A stretch of 64,000 bases of DNA from Eledone cirrhosa (GCA_964016885.1 OZ024742.1:180854001-180918000); one strand, 5' to 3'; counted from the stretch's first letter, positions 26,222 to 39,547 are shown. Notes: generated by a model not told the origin, from the sequence alone. Numbers and translations are program-made.

Positions 26222-26690
26222 AGAAGTTTACGAAATGGAAATGCGGGTATATAGAATTTATTAGGTAACAATTGTTTCTATAGTGTATGGGTTACCTATA
26301 CCTCCCTATTTGAATAATATACAAATATTATCATAAACCGAAGGTACACTGTAAGCAAACACACCATGTCTTCAGACCTTTGTATTAGAATGATATGAAA
26401 ATATTTTATACACTAGATAAAAGATAAAGAAGGAGGTAGGAAGAGAAGGGGAAGAGAGAAGTGAGTAAGGTGGAGGGAGTCTTAGGATTTAAGACTGTCA
26501 GACTAGTAGAGATTGTGAGGAGAGAATGTTTTGGCAGCAGTTAGCTTAATGAGGCGTGCTAAGGTTGGCGGGGAAGTAGATTCTTCTAGTGGTGTTGTTC
26601 GGACAAAATTTAGTTAAAGGGGTCAAAGTGGTACAGTGTCACAGACAAGTTATTAGGGCTATTATAGTAGCAGGTTATTTCTAATGTGCC
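26220..26690 (-). mobile_element. Penelope-like element 3' remnant (pLTR)
   Basis: HHR at 26263-26379; upstream peptide TLEITCYYNSPNNLSVTLYHFDPFN weakly resembles a GIY-YIG C-terminus (inference). Confidence 0.55.
26263..26379 (-). ncRNA. type I hammerhead ribozyme with 90-nt helix II
   Basis: AGGU-CUGAAGA-c-AUGGUGUGU...UGUACCUUC...GAUAAUAU(uugu)AUAUUAUU...GGAGGUAUA...AUACACUAU-a-GAAAC-AAUU-GUU-ACCU. Confidence 0.75.
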
Positions 26691-26699
26691 TCCATGTAT

Positions 26700-27006
26700 A
26701 TATTGGCCTTGCAATCGAAGGGTTGTGAGTTCAATTCTCAGACCGGGTGATGTGTTGTTTCCTTGAGCAAGACACTTTATTTCACATTGCTCCAGTTTAC
26801 TCAGCTGTAGAAATGTGATGATAGGGACTAGGGTCCCTATCATTCCACTGCAAAGTGGTCGTGGAGGTGCCACGGCAAAAAAACACCCAGCACTCACTGT
26901 AAATGAGGTCGGTGTTAGGAAGGGCATCCAGCTGTAGAAATCAAGCCAGAATCAGTTCCCGTCCCACCCTTGCAAGCAGGGAAAAGCGGACGTAAAATGA
27001 TGATGA

Positions 27007-27010
<4 letters not shown>
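26700..27010 (+). mobile_element. tRNA-CORE-RTE SINE (family B)
   Basis: GTGAGTTCAATTCTC B-box, CCTTGAGCAAGACACTTTA core, GGTGTTAGGAAGGGCATCC, RTE tail with (GAT)n. Confidence 0.85.
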
Positions 27011-27079
<69 letters not shown>

Positions 27080-27084
27080 TATAT

Positions 27085-27115
<31 letters not shown>

Positions 27116-27204
27116 TTATATATATATATATATATATACATATATGTATATATATACATATAGATACATATATATATATATATTTATATATACATATATA
27201 TATA

Positions 27205-27530
27205 TGGCTTAGTGGTTAGAGCATTGGCCTTGCAATCAAAAGGTTGTGAGTTCAATTCTCAGACCGGGTGATGTGTTGTTTCCTTGAGCAAGACACTTTA
27301 TTTCACATTGCTCCAGTTTACTCAGCTGTAGAGATGAGATGACAGGGACTGCGGTCCCTATCATTCCACTGCAAAGTGGTCGTGGAGGTGCCACGGCAAA
27401 AAATGTTGTAAATGAGGTTGGTGTTAGGAAGGGCATCCAGCTGTAGAAATCAAGCCAGAATCAGTTCCCGTCCCACCCTTGCAAGCAGGGAAAAAGCGGA
27501 CGTAAAATGAAATGATGATGATGATGATGA
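27205..27530 (+). mobile_element. family B SINE, tandem neighbour
   Basis: Near-identical to 26700-27010, separated by (TA)n. Confidence 0.85.
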
Positions 27531-27754
27531 TATACATATATATATATATATATATAACTTGGAAGAGAAAGGGTCTCAGGGTCAACATTTCATTGTTTTA
27601 ACTTATATCATGACTCTGTTTTCCTTTTAATGTTTTATTGTTTTCCGGGATTTACCTACAACATTTTCAACATATGGATTACATCGAGTTCTTCATGCAG
27701 AATAGACCCCACAACTTACTGTGGATACCTCTGTGTATATATATATATATATAT

Positions 27755-29638
27755 ATCATCATCATCATCATCATCATCAACGTTTAACGTCCGTGTTCCA
27801 CGCTTGCATGGGTTTGGACGGGGGTAGTCCCACTTGAGGCAAGAGTGATTGTCTTGCTCGCATAGGACTGTCTGGCAGGTTTTCTACAGTTGGATGCCCT
27901 TCCTAACACCAACCACATTTACAGTGTGGGTCTGGGAGGTTTTTACCGTGTTGCCTACACGGCCACATTACAGCGTGGACTGTGTGTTTTTTTGTCGTGA
28001 CACCTACACGATCTCATTTGTTTCGGCCTCGATGGCGCGGCACCAACATAACTTTACATAGAACGGGGTGGTGTGGATGGGGTGGGGGTGGTGGTGGTGG
28101 GACGGGGTGTATTTTGTTAGAGATGCCTACTGGTTGGAGTAGGTTTTACTATATATTTAGGTAAGGCGGGTCTTCTCTGTTACTGAGTACCGCCAAAGGT
28201 CTCGGTCCAGTGACATTGTCTTGGAGAGGTGTAAGTGTGTGATGTCGGAGTTTATCAGCTCATCCCAGGTTTTTCTAGGTCTGCCTATTCCGTGACTACC
28301 ATCTATCTTTATTGCCCTGCACTTTGTTATACAGCTATCGACTTTCATGCGCATCACGTGTCCATACCAACGTAGCCTTCTCTCGAGTAAACAACATCTG
28401 ATCCCTCTTATCTCTAATTCTTTCCTTAGTTCGTTTATGCTTTGCCGTTCACGTATATTACTGTTACACATCCAGCGGAGCATGCAAGCTTCGTTCCTCT
28501 CTAGTCTGCGTATATCCTCTGCACACAATGCCCAGGTCTCACTGCCATGCAGCATTGCTGTTCGTATGCAGGCATCGTACAACCTGCCTTTCATTTTTAG
28601 GGAGAACCCTTTAGCAGCTAATAGTGGTATAAGCTCTCTGAACTTTTTCCAACCAGTTCTGACTCTAGCTACAGTACTTTCAGAGCACCCTCCCCCACTG
28701 CTGATTTTATCGCCCAGGTAACGGAAGCTGTCCACTATTTCTATAGAACCCTCTGCGCAATTGAAAGAGCTAGTATTTTGTGGGCACTTGCTGCTACTTA
28801 TTGCACCAGAACACCGGCCACATGTAAAATCTATGTTCTTAGTTAGCTTACCTGTGATCCCACTACATCTTTTATGCACCCATACTTTGCATTTAGGACA
28901 TAAAATGGAGTTTCTACCTACGCCTTTCCTACACACCGAGCACGACCATTTCCCAGAAGGGACCGCCGCCTTGTTTTCTTTCCTACAAACTAGTACTTTG
29001 GTCTTAGCCAGGTTAATTTTAAGTCCTTTTGACTCTAGGCCGTGCTTCCATGTTTGGAATTTCTTCTCTAGCTCGGCCATTGATTCCGCTATGAGTGTCA
29101 GGTCGTCTGCGTATAGGAGTTCCCATGGGCAGCCTGTCTTGAACTCCTCTGTTATAGCCTGAAGGGCAATAATAAATAGTAGTGGGCTGAGAACAGAGCC
29201 CTGATGGACGCCAACTTTTACGCTAAACTCTTCACTATATTCGTTGTTAATTCTAACCTTGCTGACTGTTTCTTTATACATGGCTTGTATAGCCCTCACA
29301 AGCCATTCGTCAACGCCTAGTTTTCTAAGAGCCCACCAGATAATGGAGCGGGGGACTCTGTCGAAGGCTTTCTCCAAGTCGACAAAAGCTAAGTAGAGGG
29401 GTTTACCTTTAGCTAGGTACTTCTCCTGTAGTTGTCGTACTATGAAAAGAGCGTCTGTGGTACTTTTGCCTGACACAAACCCGAACTGCATTTCATCTAG
29501 GTCAATTCTCTCTCTGATTGCTATTACTTTTTCCGTGACCTTCATGACCTGGTCGATTAATTTAATGCCTCTATAGTTACTCCTATCTAGGGCGTCTCCT
29601 TTACCCTTATAACAGTTAACGATGATGCTGCTATGCCA
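27755..29638 (-). mobile_element. young 5'-truncated RTE LINE inserted in (TA)n
   Basis: Open RT frame, ~400-nt 3'UTR, (GAT)n tail, (TA)n on both flanks. Confidence 0.95.
28157..29545 (-). CDS. RTE ORF2 fragment: reverse transcriptase, PHD-like finger and C-terminal domain (frame open to ~29638)
   Basis: QFGF, AFVDLEKAFDRV, GVHQGSVLSPLLF, LLYADD, FRYLG, RRLRWYGHV, GRPRKTW. Confidence 0.9.
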   Translation of the reverse strand: MKVTEKVIAIRERIDLDEMQFGFVSGKSTTDALFIVRQLQEKYLAKGKPLYLAFVDLEKAFDRVPRSIIWWALRKLGVDEWLVRAIQAMYKETVSKVRINNEYSEEFSVKVGVHQGSVLSPLLFIIALQAITEEFKTGCPWELLYADDLTLIAESMAELEKKFQTWKHGLESKGLKINLAKTKVLVCRKENKAAVPSGKWSCSVCRKGVGRNSILCPKCKVWVHKRCSGITGKLTKNIDFTCGRCSGAISSSKCPQNTSSFNCAEGSIEIVDSFRYLGDKISSGGGCSESTVARVRTGWKKFRELIPLLAAKGFSLKMKGRLYDACIRTAMLHGSETWALCAEDIRRLERNEACMLRWMCNSNIRERQSINELRKELEIRGIRCCLLERRLRWYGHVMRMKVDSCITKCRAIKIDGSHGIGRPRKTWDELINSDITHLHLSKTMSLDRDLWRYSVTEKTRLT

Positions 29639-30452
29639 GATATATATATATATATATATATTTATTAAAATAACAGATTAAAGTTTAAGCAAAGAATCGC
29701 TGCTTTCACCCTTAACGGGATCTTCTGAAACTAATAAAGTCAATTAATAGATAGATAGATAGATAGATAGATATAGATATATATATTTATATATAGATAT
29801 ATATATATATAATCACACACACACACTTGTATTATGTTTGTGTGAAGACACATAATTCAATCTTTATGCAAGAAAATACAATTTCTTCAATTGATAAAGA
29901 TGAATAGAAGAATATTTTTAATACTTTTTCTGAAATAAAAACAAAGCAAATAAACATTATAAAACAAAAAATGTGACAATTTAAAATGAACATGAAAGAA
30001 AAACAGAAATAAAAGTTTTGTAGACAAAAAAAGAAAAGTGAAACTTTATATATTTTCTTCCATTTCTTTATTTGCAGAAGATAACTTGAACGAAGAAAAT
30101 GTCTCACTTGATTTTAGCTTCCATGAAACTGATAAAGAACAACTGCAAGCTTCAGTACTTTGAAATTAATATTGATTTCCTTTGATTAACAAGAAGACAG
30201 ATTTTGTTTTCATTTCAGTGATGGCAGTGCAGTTTTATATGTTATTGATTTAACTATCCATGTGTGTATTACTGGTGTGTATATGGGAGTGCCTGCATAC
30301 TGGTCATTTGACCAGTTAGGTAACAGCAGCTAAATCCCTCATGTCATATATGGTAGAAAAGATCAAACGAAAGAATGTGACAGCTTTTCATTAGCTGTTT
30401 TCTGTTATTGTTGTCCACTACATACATACAGACATAGATAGATAGATATATT

Positions 30453-30504
<52 letters not shown>

Positions 30505-30530
30505 CATAAACAGCTATCCAAAGCTATCAT

Positions 30531-31215
30531 CAATGCAGAGAAAGGACAGCCCTGAGAATAAACATCAACAGTTACAGTGATGTGGGGGACATATGCATAC
30601 ATAATATGAAAGTGTATTGGTGGAATATTCTAGTCAAAACCCCAACAAAATGCAAATATAACAGTCCAGGCATAGTCATATGGAACAGAGAAAAGAAGGC
30701 ATGCACAGTATTGGAAATCAGCTGCCCAGTAGATGTCAGCATAAAGCTATAGATTAGCAAAAAGGAGAACATATATGCTGAACTAATGAGGAATCTGCAG
30801 ATATTTCACCCTAACTATACTTTTGGATTTGTACCTGTGATCATTGGGGCTCTGGGATATGTTACTAACTGCCTCACTACAAATCTTGAGAAGCTGGGTT
30901 TCACAGAATCAGAAAGGGCATGAGTAGTTAGGAAGCTGCTAGTACAGTCCATTATCGGAACTGTGAAAATATGTAAAACTTTTCAGAAATTCTGCATGTA
31001 ATAATTGCATATACACACATATAGATATAGAAAGACATGCACATGTAAATATAACCCAAAACACACAGACTCACACATGCAATAACATCCATACCTGCAT
31101 ACACACACATATTTACCTTGTTGATGTCATCTAAATTCCAACAAAATAGTTTTGTTTCTATGTTAGAGACGTCTCTCTCTCTCTCTGTGAACATCTATAA
31201 AATAACCAGAAAAAT
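30531..31215 (+). mobile_element. R4/Dong-clade LINE 3' remnant (restriction-like endonuclease and 3'UTR)
   Basis: My translation from 30600: HNMKVYWWNILVKTPTKCKYNSPGIVIWNREKKACTVLEISCPVDVSIKL*ISKKENIYAELMRNL...FVPVIIGALG...GTVKICKTF; two internal stops, so absent from the ORF track. Confidence 0.8.
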
Positions 31216-32160
31216 ATACACACTCTATAACAAGTTTCACCATTAATACGGATTTTCAGTCTGAAAACTTACAATTTTAATAGAAGAGTTGCCATGAACA
31301 ATGCAGGCATAGATACACTATGTCTGAGTAAAAGACTGAATGGATATGTGAGGAATGTCTTTCATAATAAGTCTAGGTCTAAACAACGACTATTACTTTA
31401 TCAACCTTGGGAAGATTGTGGTTGTATACATGGTTATGTTAAGAAGTTCACTTCACAGCCATATGATTCTTAGTTCTTATTCCACTGTATGGAACTACAA
31501 CTCAATATTTTCTACCATAACCTTAACATGAGTGAAGAGTCTTTTCTACCCTATGTTGTTTTTGGCTGAATTTGTCGGCATTTGACCACCAACAGTATAT
31601 ATTAAAGGGGGCTTATCAAATATGTCAAGAACAAGTCAACCTCTCTAGTGCTGGTACCTTGATAAAATGTATGCAGCATATATTATAAATTGATTAGCAT
31701 TAGAAAGCGCATCTAGCTGTAGTAACCATGTCAGAAATGGAATGAGATGTATATGAGATCTGGTCTTTTCACACAGGACAGTAGCTATGATTATGTACTT
31801 GGTTGGTAACAACCCATCTGACCCAAGCCAGCAAGGAAAAACTGGTGTAAAATGGTGATAATTATGATCCTAAGGATTACCTAAATGAAATTGGATAGAC
31901 ACAGACTGTGCAGATGCCTCTCAGACTGGGAGAATTAATCCATCACCTGGGCTAACACTACTGCTGGGTGCATTTAATGCTGTGCAATATTTGCAAGTAT
32001 TTGGACCAGGTTTCTCTTCCAAGAATAATAAGACTATAGCTATGCTAGGGCACTCCTTTCTAAGACAAATGCATTGATACCAGTAATTATTTTACTGAGC
32101 TGGGAAAGACAAAAGGCAAGTTAGACATGAGCAGAATTGGAACTCAGAATGTAAAGTAAC

Positions 32161-32354
32161 ATAATTGTTTCTACTTTTGGCACAAGGCCAGCAAATTACC
32201 CATTGTATTACTGGTACTTTATTTTATCGACCCCGTAAGGATGAAAGGCAAAGTTAACCTCAGCAGGATTTGAACTCAGAATGGCAAGGGCCGTAACTCT
32301 ATGCGTCAAAGCATGGCGTCCGACTCTCTACCGATACTGCCAATCCACCACCCT
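32161..32354 (-). mobile_element. family A SINE nested in an older copy, with TSD
   Basis: TGTAAAGTAACATAAT at 32150 and 32355. Confidence 0.9.
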
Positions 32355-33079
32355 TGTAAAGTAACATAATGAAATAACATTGTATTTTTCTGACACTACT
32401 CTATCTACCATTCCTCAAACATGACACTGTACCTATTCTACTATCCACACACACACGCACAAATGGTGGTCATGGTATTGATGACAATGATGATGATGAC
32501 GATTATGAAGAGGATAAGGATGATGACGTGAATGAGCAGGATGATGATGATGGATAATGATGATAGGTAAATGGAAGGTTGGCAGCAGATAAAAGATTTA
32601 CTTTAAATCTTTTATCTTCTCATTCAAACAGAATCAGCAAAATGTAGTTTTATAGGTTTGTTTCTTCCTCACCTCATTTGACGAGCCTTTTTTTTTTTTA
32701 AACAGTGCTCGAGTAATTTTCTAAATCACATTTTTTTCATAATCTGGGTCGTAGAATCAGCAACTGAATATATTCCTTTTATGCAAGGCTTTTATAAAAA
32801 GTCAGTTCAGCCAAGTCCATATCAGAAAAATGCAAAAATATGGACATTGTTGCATTCTTCAAAGCAGTGAATAGCTAGAGTTATGAGAATATCTGTTAGA
32901 AAACTTTGTGGCATTAATTCCAGCTTCTACTTTCTGTAAGTTCAAATCCCACCAAGGCTAAATTTGCCTTACATCTTTTCAGCGTCAATAATAAAAATAG
33001 CAATACAATAGTGGGGTCAATTCTTACTCTGTCCCTTTCTCATTCCTCCCTTGCTCTCTCTCCCTCTCCCCCTCTCCCC

Positions 33080-33131
<52 letters not shown>

Positions 33132-35067
33132 AAGCATTTAAATCAGCCATATCCAGCCTCTAACTGGCTGCTCATACTTATGTTAAGGTATTGTTCTCAA
33201 AATAAATGATATCAAAATCTTGTAGGTGAGATAATTATGTGAATTAAAGTGTTTACCATGAAAATATAATATTAAATATAGAGTAATGTAAATGGGTTAA
33301 CTATAAGATTTATCTTATGCAAACCTTAAATTTATCAAAAGTCAATTTTACATTTTGGGGAAGATCTGTCAGAGGATTTGTCAAAGGCATACAGCAGATG
33401 GAGGAAAACTGTGCTGGAAAAGACCTGTCCAATCGATACATGCATTGAAAAGGTGGGACGAAGAGGCAGAGGGGGAGGTATGATTGTTCATATATTCAGT
33501 AATATTTGTATATATGACATACCAATCCTGGAGTCCAAAATTAAAAACATTCAATGCTATTGCTGTTATTATTGATGGCACTGGTTGACTAGATTCATAA
33601 TAAAGCATGTTAGACAATGTAACACAGTATTGACAAGGGAAGACAAACCACATCTGTTTGACAGTTTGATGGCTTATCAATAAGACAGCTAATCAGCTAA
33701 CAAAGCAGACTCTACCTAGGATAGTAAATCAGCCAGTTAGAAATAGTAACTAAATCTTCTTTAAATCATACCATCTTGTAAAAGTGAAAAGCACATTGGA
33801 TGACTATGCTACACTATTCTAATAAGACACAATGATCACACCCAGTTGTGGATTAAGGAAAGAGATTACTGGGCTGTAGCTAGGGACCCCATACTATTTA
33901 AAGGACGGAAAATTAATTTTCTTTTTTTTTTACTACCATAAATAATACACAAGGAGTCTGATAAAACTTTTGTTATGGGGCCCTGTGCAAGTTTATTCTC
34001 CTCCTGATCATATCTAAAATGATTTTCAACAAGACTGACTTTGAACTAAACAACAACTAGAGATCGTGATTCAGAAATTAGCGAAGAGTAATAGGAAGAG
34101 ATGTAGAGCAACAGCCAGTCATATTTGTCTTTTCTCAAAACGAATGAAGTTATTCCAGTTTACATTGCAAGCTCTATCATATTTTGCAACATGTAAACAA
34201 CCATAGTCAATGTTTTAAAATTCTTCAATTACTTAAAGACTTCTGGAAAATATATAATTAACATAAAAAGTGTTGTGCTCATGTACAGAGATGCCATAAA
34301 ATAGCTTATAAAATAGGATGAAGAATCTTTTGTAAGGTTTGATTCCATAGCAACTAATAGTAACTTCCTTTTCCATCTTTAATGATCTCCACCATATTTT
34401 ATAATATGCACACAAGAGCACACCTGCCTTTATATCAATTTTATCCCTCCAATACTTCTTAAAAATCCAAGAGATCAGCTACATATATATATTAACACAT
34501 TCATTGTGAAACAGCCAGAGACCACTTATATCTCTTTCATACAAACCTGTCATTTAGTTATAGCATTATCATGTTATAATATTTTATAGTATTTAATATT
34601 AATGATATTTACTTAAACAATTTAAAGACTCCATAGGGATAGTAAGCTATGACAGAATACAATTAAGAAACAAAACCAAGAGGTAACAGGATGAGAAAAT
34701 GAAAGGAAATAGAAAGACAATAGGAGGCAAAAGAGGCATAAATAGGAAAAAAGGTGAACAAGGACAATTATAAAACAGCTAATAGTTTCTGTTTTTTTAA
34801 TCTTTTCAGACCCTCCATGTATATTACTGTGTATCTATCTATATATTTATCTATCTATCTATCTCGAAGAAGATAGACGTGTTTTTGTTTCGCTCCTGCA
34901 TTTTGTCGGAATTTATTACGAGAAGCGGTAGGTTTGTTTAAGCTACTTGATATTTGTTATGTTTAACCCCTCGCCTGGCCCTGCAGACGTTGGGTAAAAT
35001 AAATTTCGTCCCTTTTTGGGCGAAATTTGATAGTTATAAGTTATCGATAAAAAATCGTTTAGTGGCA

Positions 35068-36900
35068 ATGGACGCCATTAACACGACGCATGCCACGACC
35101 CCCAAGGAAAGTAATAGAGAGAAGGTAGCAGCACAACGCTGTAAACCTTCCTTCCTCACTCCCGCAAAAGACACCACGGAATCAAAAGAAAAAATTGTGG
35201 AAATGGGTGAAAACCCCAAAAGTAACAATTACACAAACAAGAACAACAATGAAAATAACAACTCAACCAACAACAGCAACAATGACAATAACAACACAAC
35301 CAACAACAGCAATAATAACAACACCAACAAAGGAAAAAAAGCAAGTCAACACGAATAACAACAACAACAATGATAACAACACGAAAGAAAACGGACCCAC
35401 AGCTGCAGTCTCCTTCGCACAGGCGGTACAAGAAACGCAGACATACAAGGCACTGGACATCTCGAATGCCAAGAAATTGCTGAAAGAAGCAAGGAATTGT
35501 GTAAGTTTCGGGGAAGGTGGGGAATTCACAATTACCTCCCCCGAAGAAATTAGAAGGGACACAGTCCTCAGGTCCGAAATTTTTAGGACAGTTTCGAACG
35601 CAACTAAGAAACCGGCTCAATTGTTCCAAAGCGAAATTGGGCTGGTCCTAAGTAGTGCCTGGAAGGATATTGCTTTCATACAGAAAGAGAAGCTGTATGG
35701 AAGCATATCTGTTTTAATGCAAGATGAATTGGCGGCACGGAAATATTCTGTGTCGCCAATTGTATCCAAAGCATACACCTTTTTCCCCACATATTTGGGG
35801 AAAAGAACCCAAAAGATAAGAAACTCGGGCATTTGGTGGGTGCTAATGGGATTCTTAGAAGATGAGGACACAATCCTTTCGATAGGCAAATCCACCAGGG
35901 CCGTATTCGGCGGCAATAGTCTTGAAGTTCTGGTCCAAATGAGACCAGAACGGATAGCAAGAATACCGCAGCATGTGTCCCTGGATGGAGTCGCCTTCAT
36001 AAACATTTCTGTTAAGGGCAGGTGGCCTCCATGCTACCACTGTTCAAGAAGTGGTCACCTGAGGGCTTCCTGTCCCCTTTTAAATTCCCCCCCCCCCCAA
36101 AAAAAAAAATAGACACTTCTGCCCACCCCACACACAACAACACAACCACCACCACCACAACAACCACAACAACACAAGACACAGCCCCCCCCAACCCCCC
36201 CCCACCTAAAACAAATACAAAGGCAACCACAACAAAACCCCAAAATATACCCTCCCCAACAAAACGGATGAGGACCCCTTATCAGCGTCACCCAGTGACG
36301 ATGAGGGAGAACCCTTTGAACCGGTAAAAAGAAAGAAAAGAAGGCACCACATCAACAAAAATACAACAAACACACAGCCACCAGCACAAACAGAACAAAC
36401 ATCACAAACAAAAAAACCCACCCCTCCCGAAAACATAACACATACTACAAAACGCAAACACACACAAGAACAACAAACAAAAACAAACACAGCACAACAA
36501 AAACAGTATACATACATCAACACAAACAACAAAACACTTGTGCAAACAATAGACAAAGACCCTTCAGTAGAAACCGAAGGGAAAATGTTCACCAACGCGG
36601 CGACTAAACTGCATTTAAAAATGATTAGGGTCCCAAGCGACACCTACGCAATGCTCAAACAGAACTTTCTCGAGGACGTGGGGAACCCCTGTACTAGACC
36701 TAGCAACCGCGTCCTGTTGAAATGTTTCCTCACCACCACCCCAGACACCCCTCCCCCACCACACACTGATGTCCCCACCACATCCCAAACCATCCCCACC
36801 AAACAACCCCGCCGACACCCCCATGGAAATTGTGCAGCCTGGTCCCCAGGAGAAGGACAGGTAGGTGTCTTTGCCTTTTTCTCCACTCTAAACTCTTCAC
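35068..36900 (+). pseudogene. Tx1 ORF1 (gag-like, zinc knuckle), frameshifted
   Basis: SFAQAV motif, CYHCSRSGHLRASC; frameshifts in homopolymer runs near 35340 and 36100. Confidence 0.8.
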
Positions 36901-36908
36901 CACCAACA

Positions 36909-39547
36909 TGGCTGTTATAAGAGTTGGATGTTTAAATGTGTGCGGCCTGGGGATGTCCTGGAAGAAGGGCAAACTCTTAAATGACCTCAGGTCGCAAAGA
37001 ATGGATGTGATAGCTATTTGCGAGTCCAGGATCAGCAGCGAGCACCAACTGGCCCCCATCTTCGTCGACTTTGAGATCTATGCATCTCTCTGTCAGTCGG
37101 GAGGTGGGGGCGGGGTGGTCGTTCTGCTGTGAAAACACCTGGGCCTCACAACATGGAAGGTACACCTGGTACACGTTGTCAGGAGTAAAATATGTGCTCT
37201 AGGTAACGAGGGAGCCAAAGCTGTTAGCTGGGCCCGAGTGACAGAGGCAAAAAGTGGAAACAAGTCAATGATTCGGTCTTTGAAGGACCAGGATGGACGC
37301 GTGATCCTTGAACCTGAGCAGATGTGCGCGGCCTTTCAACGGCACTTTGCACGACTGTTCGGGAGGGTTGGTGGGCCGAGTGAGGCCATGGATTTCGGTC
37401 CATCCCTTGACGGTCTGCCGCGGCTCTCGGACAGGGAGGCGAAGTCCTGCGAAAGGCTGATTTCAGCCACTGAGATAGGGGAAGTGCTGAGCCAATGCGG
37501 CAAACGCAAATCTCCCGGTCTCGATGGTTTACCATACAAACTTTATGTAGCGATGCCGGACTTGTTCGATCTCCTCGAGGCGGTGTACTGCAACTGGCAA
37601 CAGAACGAGAGAATTCCCAGTTCTGTGACCAAGGGCGTAGTCACACTGGTGAGGAAGGATGAGTACAAGGGGTATGACATAGATAGATAATTTCAGGCCC
37701 ATAACTCTGCTAAACACAGAGTTAAAGATTTTGGCCAAGGTGTTAGCGAAGAGGTTGGCGCTTGTCGTCGGGAACCTGGTGGGAGAAGCGCAGAGATGTG
37801 CAATCCCGTCCAGGTCCATACACGACAACCTCCACCTCATGCAATACATGGTAGAGAGGGTAGGGAACGAACCCGGCTTTGGTGGGGCTCTGATCAACTT
37901 GGATCAATCTAAGGCATTCGATAGGGTCGACTATCGGTACCTGGATGTGGTGCTCGCGGCGGCCTTCTTCGGACCCATTTTCAGGGGCTGGATTGCTGCA
38001 ATGCACAGCAGCAACACCTGCTCGAGGGTCAGGGTGAACGGCTACTTCTCGGAGCCGTTCCAAATCAAGCAATCCATCCGACAGGGATGCCATCTCTCCT
38101 CCCTTCTGTATGTGCTGGCTCTCGAGCCACTACTGCGGAAGTCGGAACCAGGTTTGCGGGAAGCGGTGTCGGCCTATGCCGATGATGTGACAGTAATAGT
38201 GTCGTGCGCCTCGGAAATTGGGCAGATCAGCACCTTACTGAAGGAATATGGAAGGTTTACAGGAGCCAAGCTGAACCGAGACAAGTCCGTCGGTTTGCAA
38301 CTCGGAACGTGGAGAGGCAAACCGATGCTCTCCGGCGGCATCATCGGACGCTGGACGGAGGGACCGGTGAAGCTGCTTGGGGTCTGGTTCGGACTGGAGC
38401 TCCAGGTGGAGAAAAACTCGGTCGAGGTAACGGGCAGGGTGTTTACACTCGCCCAGAAGTGGGCCAAGTGCAAACTATCCCTGAAAGGTCGAGCGGAGTT
38501 GGCAAACACTTATATAGCATCCGTCATCTACTACCACTTGACTGTCGTGCCTTGCGCAGCGAAAATGCTCGCCAAAACGGAATGCGCGCTCTTCCGATTT
38601 TTTTGGAAGAAGCGGGCCCTTTCGTGAGAAGATCCATCTGCCGTCAACACCCTTCGAACGGAGAGATGCCGTGGCTGACGATCCGTAGACACGCATTAAG
38701 GCTACGGCACCTCCAGGTATTCCTCACCGGTCAGCCGGTGTGGGCCCCTTTTGTGAGGCGAGCCTTTCCGAGACTCGTCTCACTCACCGAGCTGCAAACC
38801 TGGGTTAAGCAAAGATCGAGAAAAATGGGCGACTGGCACATTGAATGTGCCCAGGCGCTCACAGCCCTCTGACAAGCGGATCCGGCAATCAGTGGAGACT
38901 CAACCTCAACATTCTATAGAGGGTTGGTGCGCAGAAAGAGCGACGACGCTCTCGGAGAGGCTCTGGGTATGGAGGAAGACGAGCTAGCCAGTCTGTTCGG
39001 TAGGACGTTTGGCCCGGGACCAATGGACAACTTCCAAAAGTCCCTAGCTTGGCAGTGCTACCGTGGAGCTCTACCCTTTCGGGACAAGCTCTACAGACAC
39101 GTGCGCCCGGGTAGGGACCCCTCGAAGAAGATCTGTCCGAGATGCGTGCGTGACGAGGAAACCGTCGCGCACGCAGTAGTACACTGCCTGGGTATTGCTG
39201 ACCTGTGGGGCTATGTGGAACGACTACTGTAGCGGGTGGGACCAATCTGGTTGACCACCGAGTACATTGACACGATCAAACCACCTCCCCCCTTCAAAAA
39301 CGGAGAGGTGGTTTTCCTCTGTGTCATAGCTATGGCGAAAGAGGCTGTATGTTGGACGAGGTTGAAAGCGCTGAGTTCAGACACTTTTCTCTCCGGCCAA
39401 CAACTGGTCCTTTTTATCAAGTACCATTTTAGAAGAAGGATCAGAATGGAGAGAGAGGTGCTCTACCTCAGCAAGTTTTATGAAATGTGGGTGAAAGTGG
39501 CGAGAATGGCCCGAGTGAATGGGCCTTCTCTCTATATCAGCCTGTAG
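36909..39547 (+). pseudogene. Tx1 ORF2 (APE endonuclease-RT), internally deleted and disrupted
   Basis: MAVIRVGCLNVCGL...AICESR; jump near 37140 to the pre-RT linker; KSPGLDGLP, LDQSKAFDRV, IRQGCHLS, AYADDV, CPRC...ETVAHAVVHC. Confidence 0.88.
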
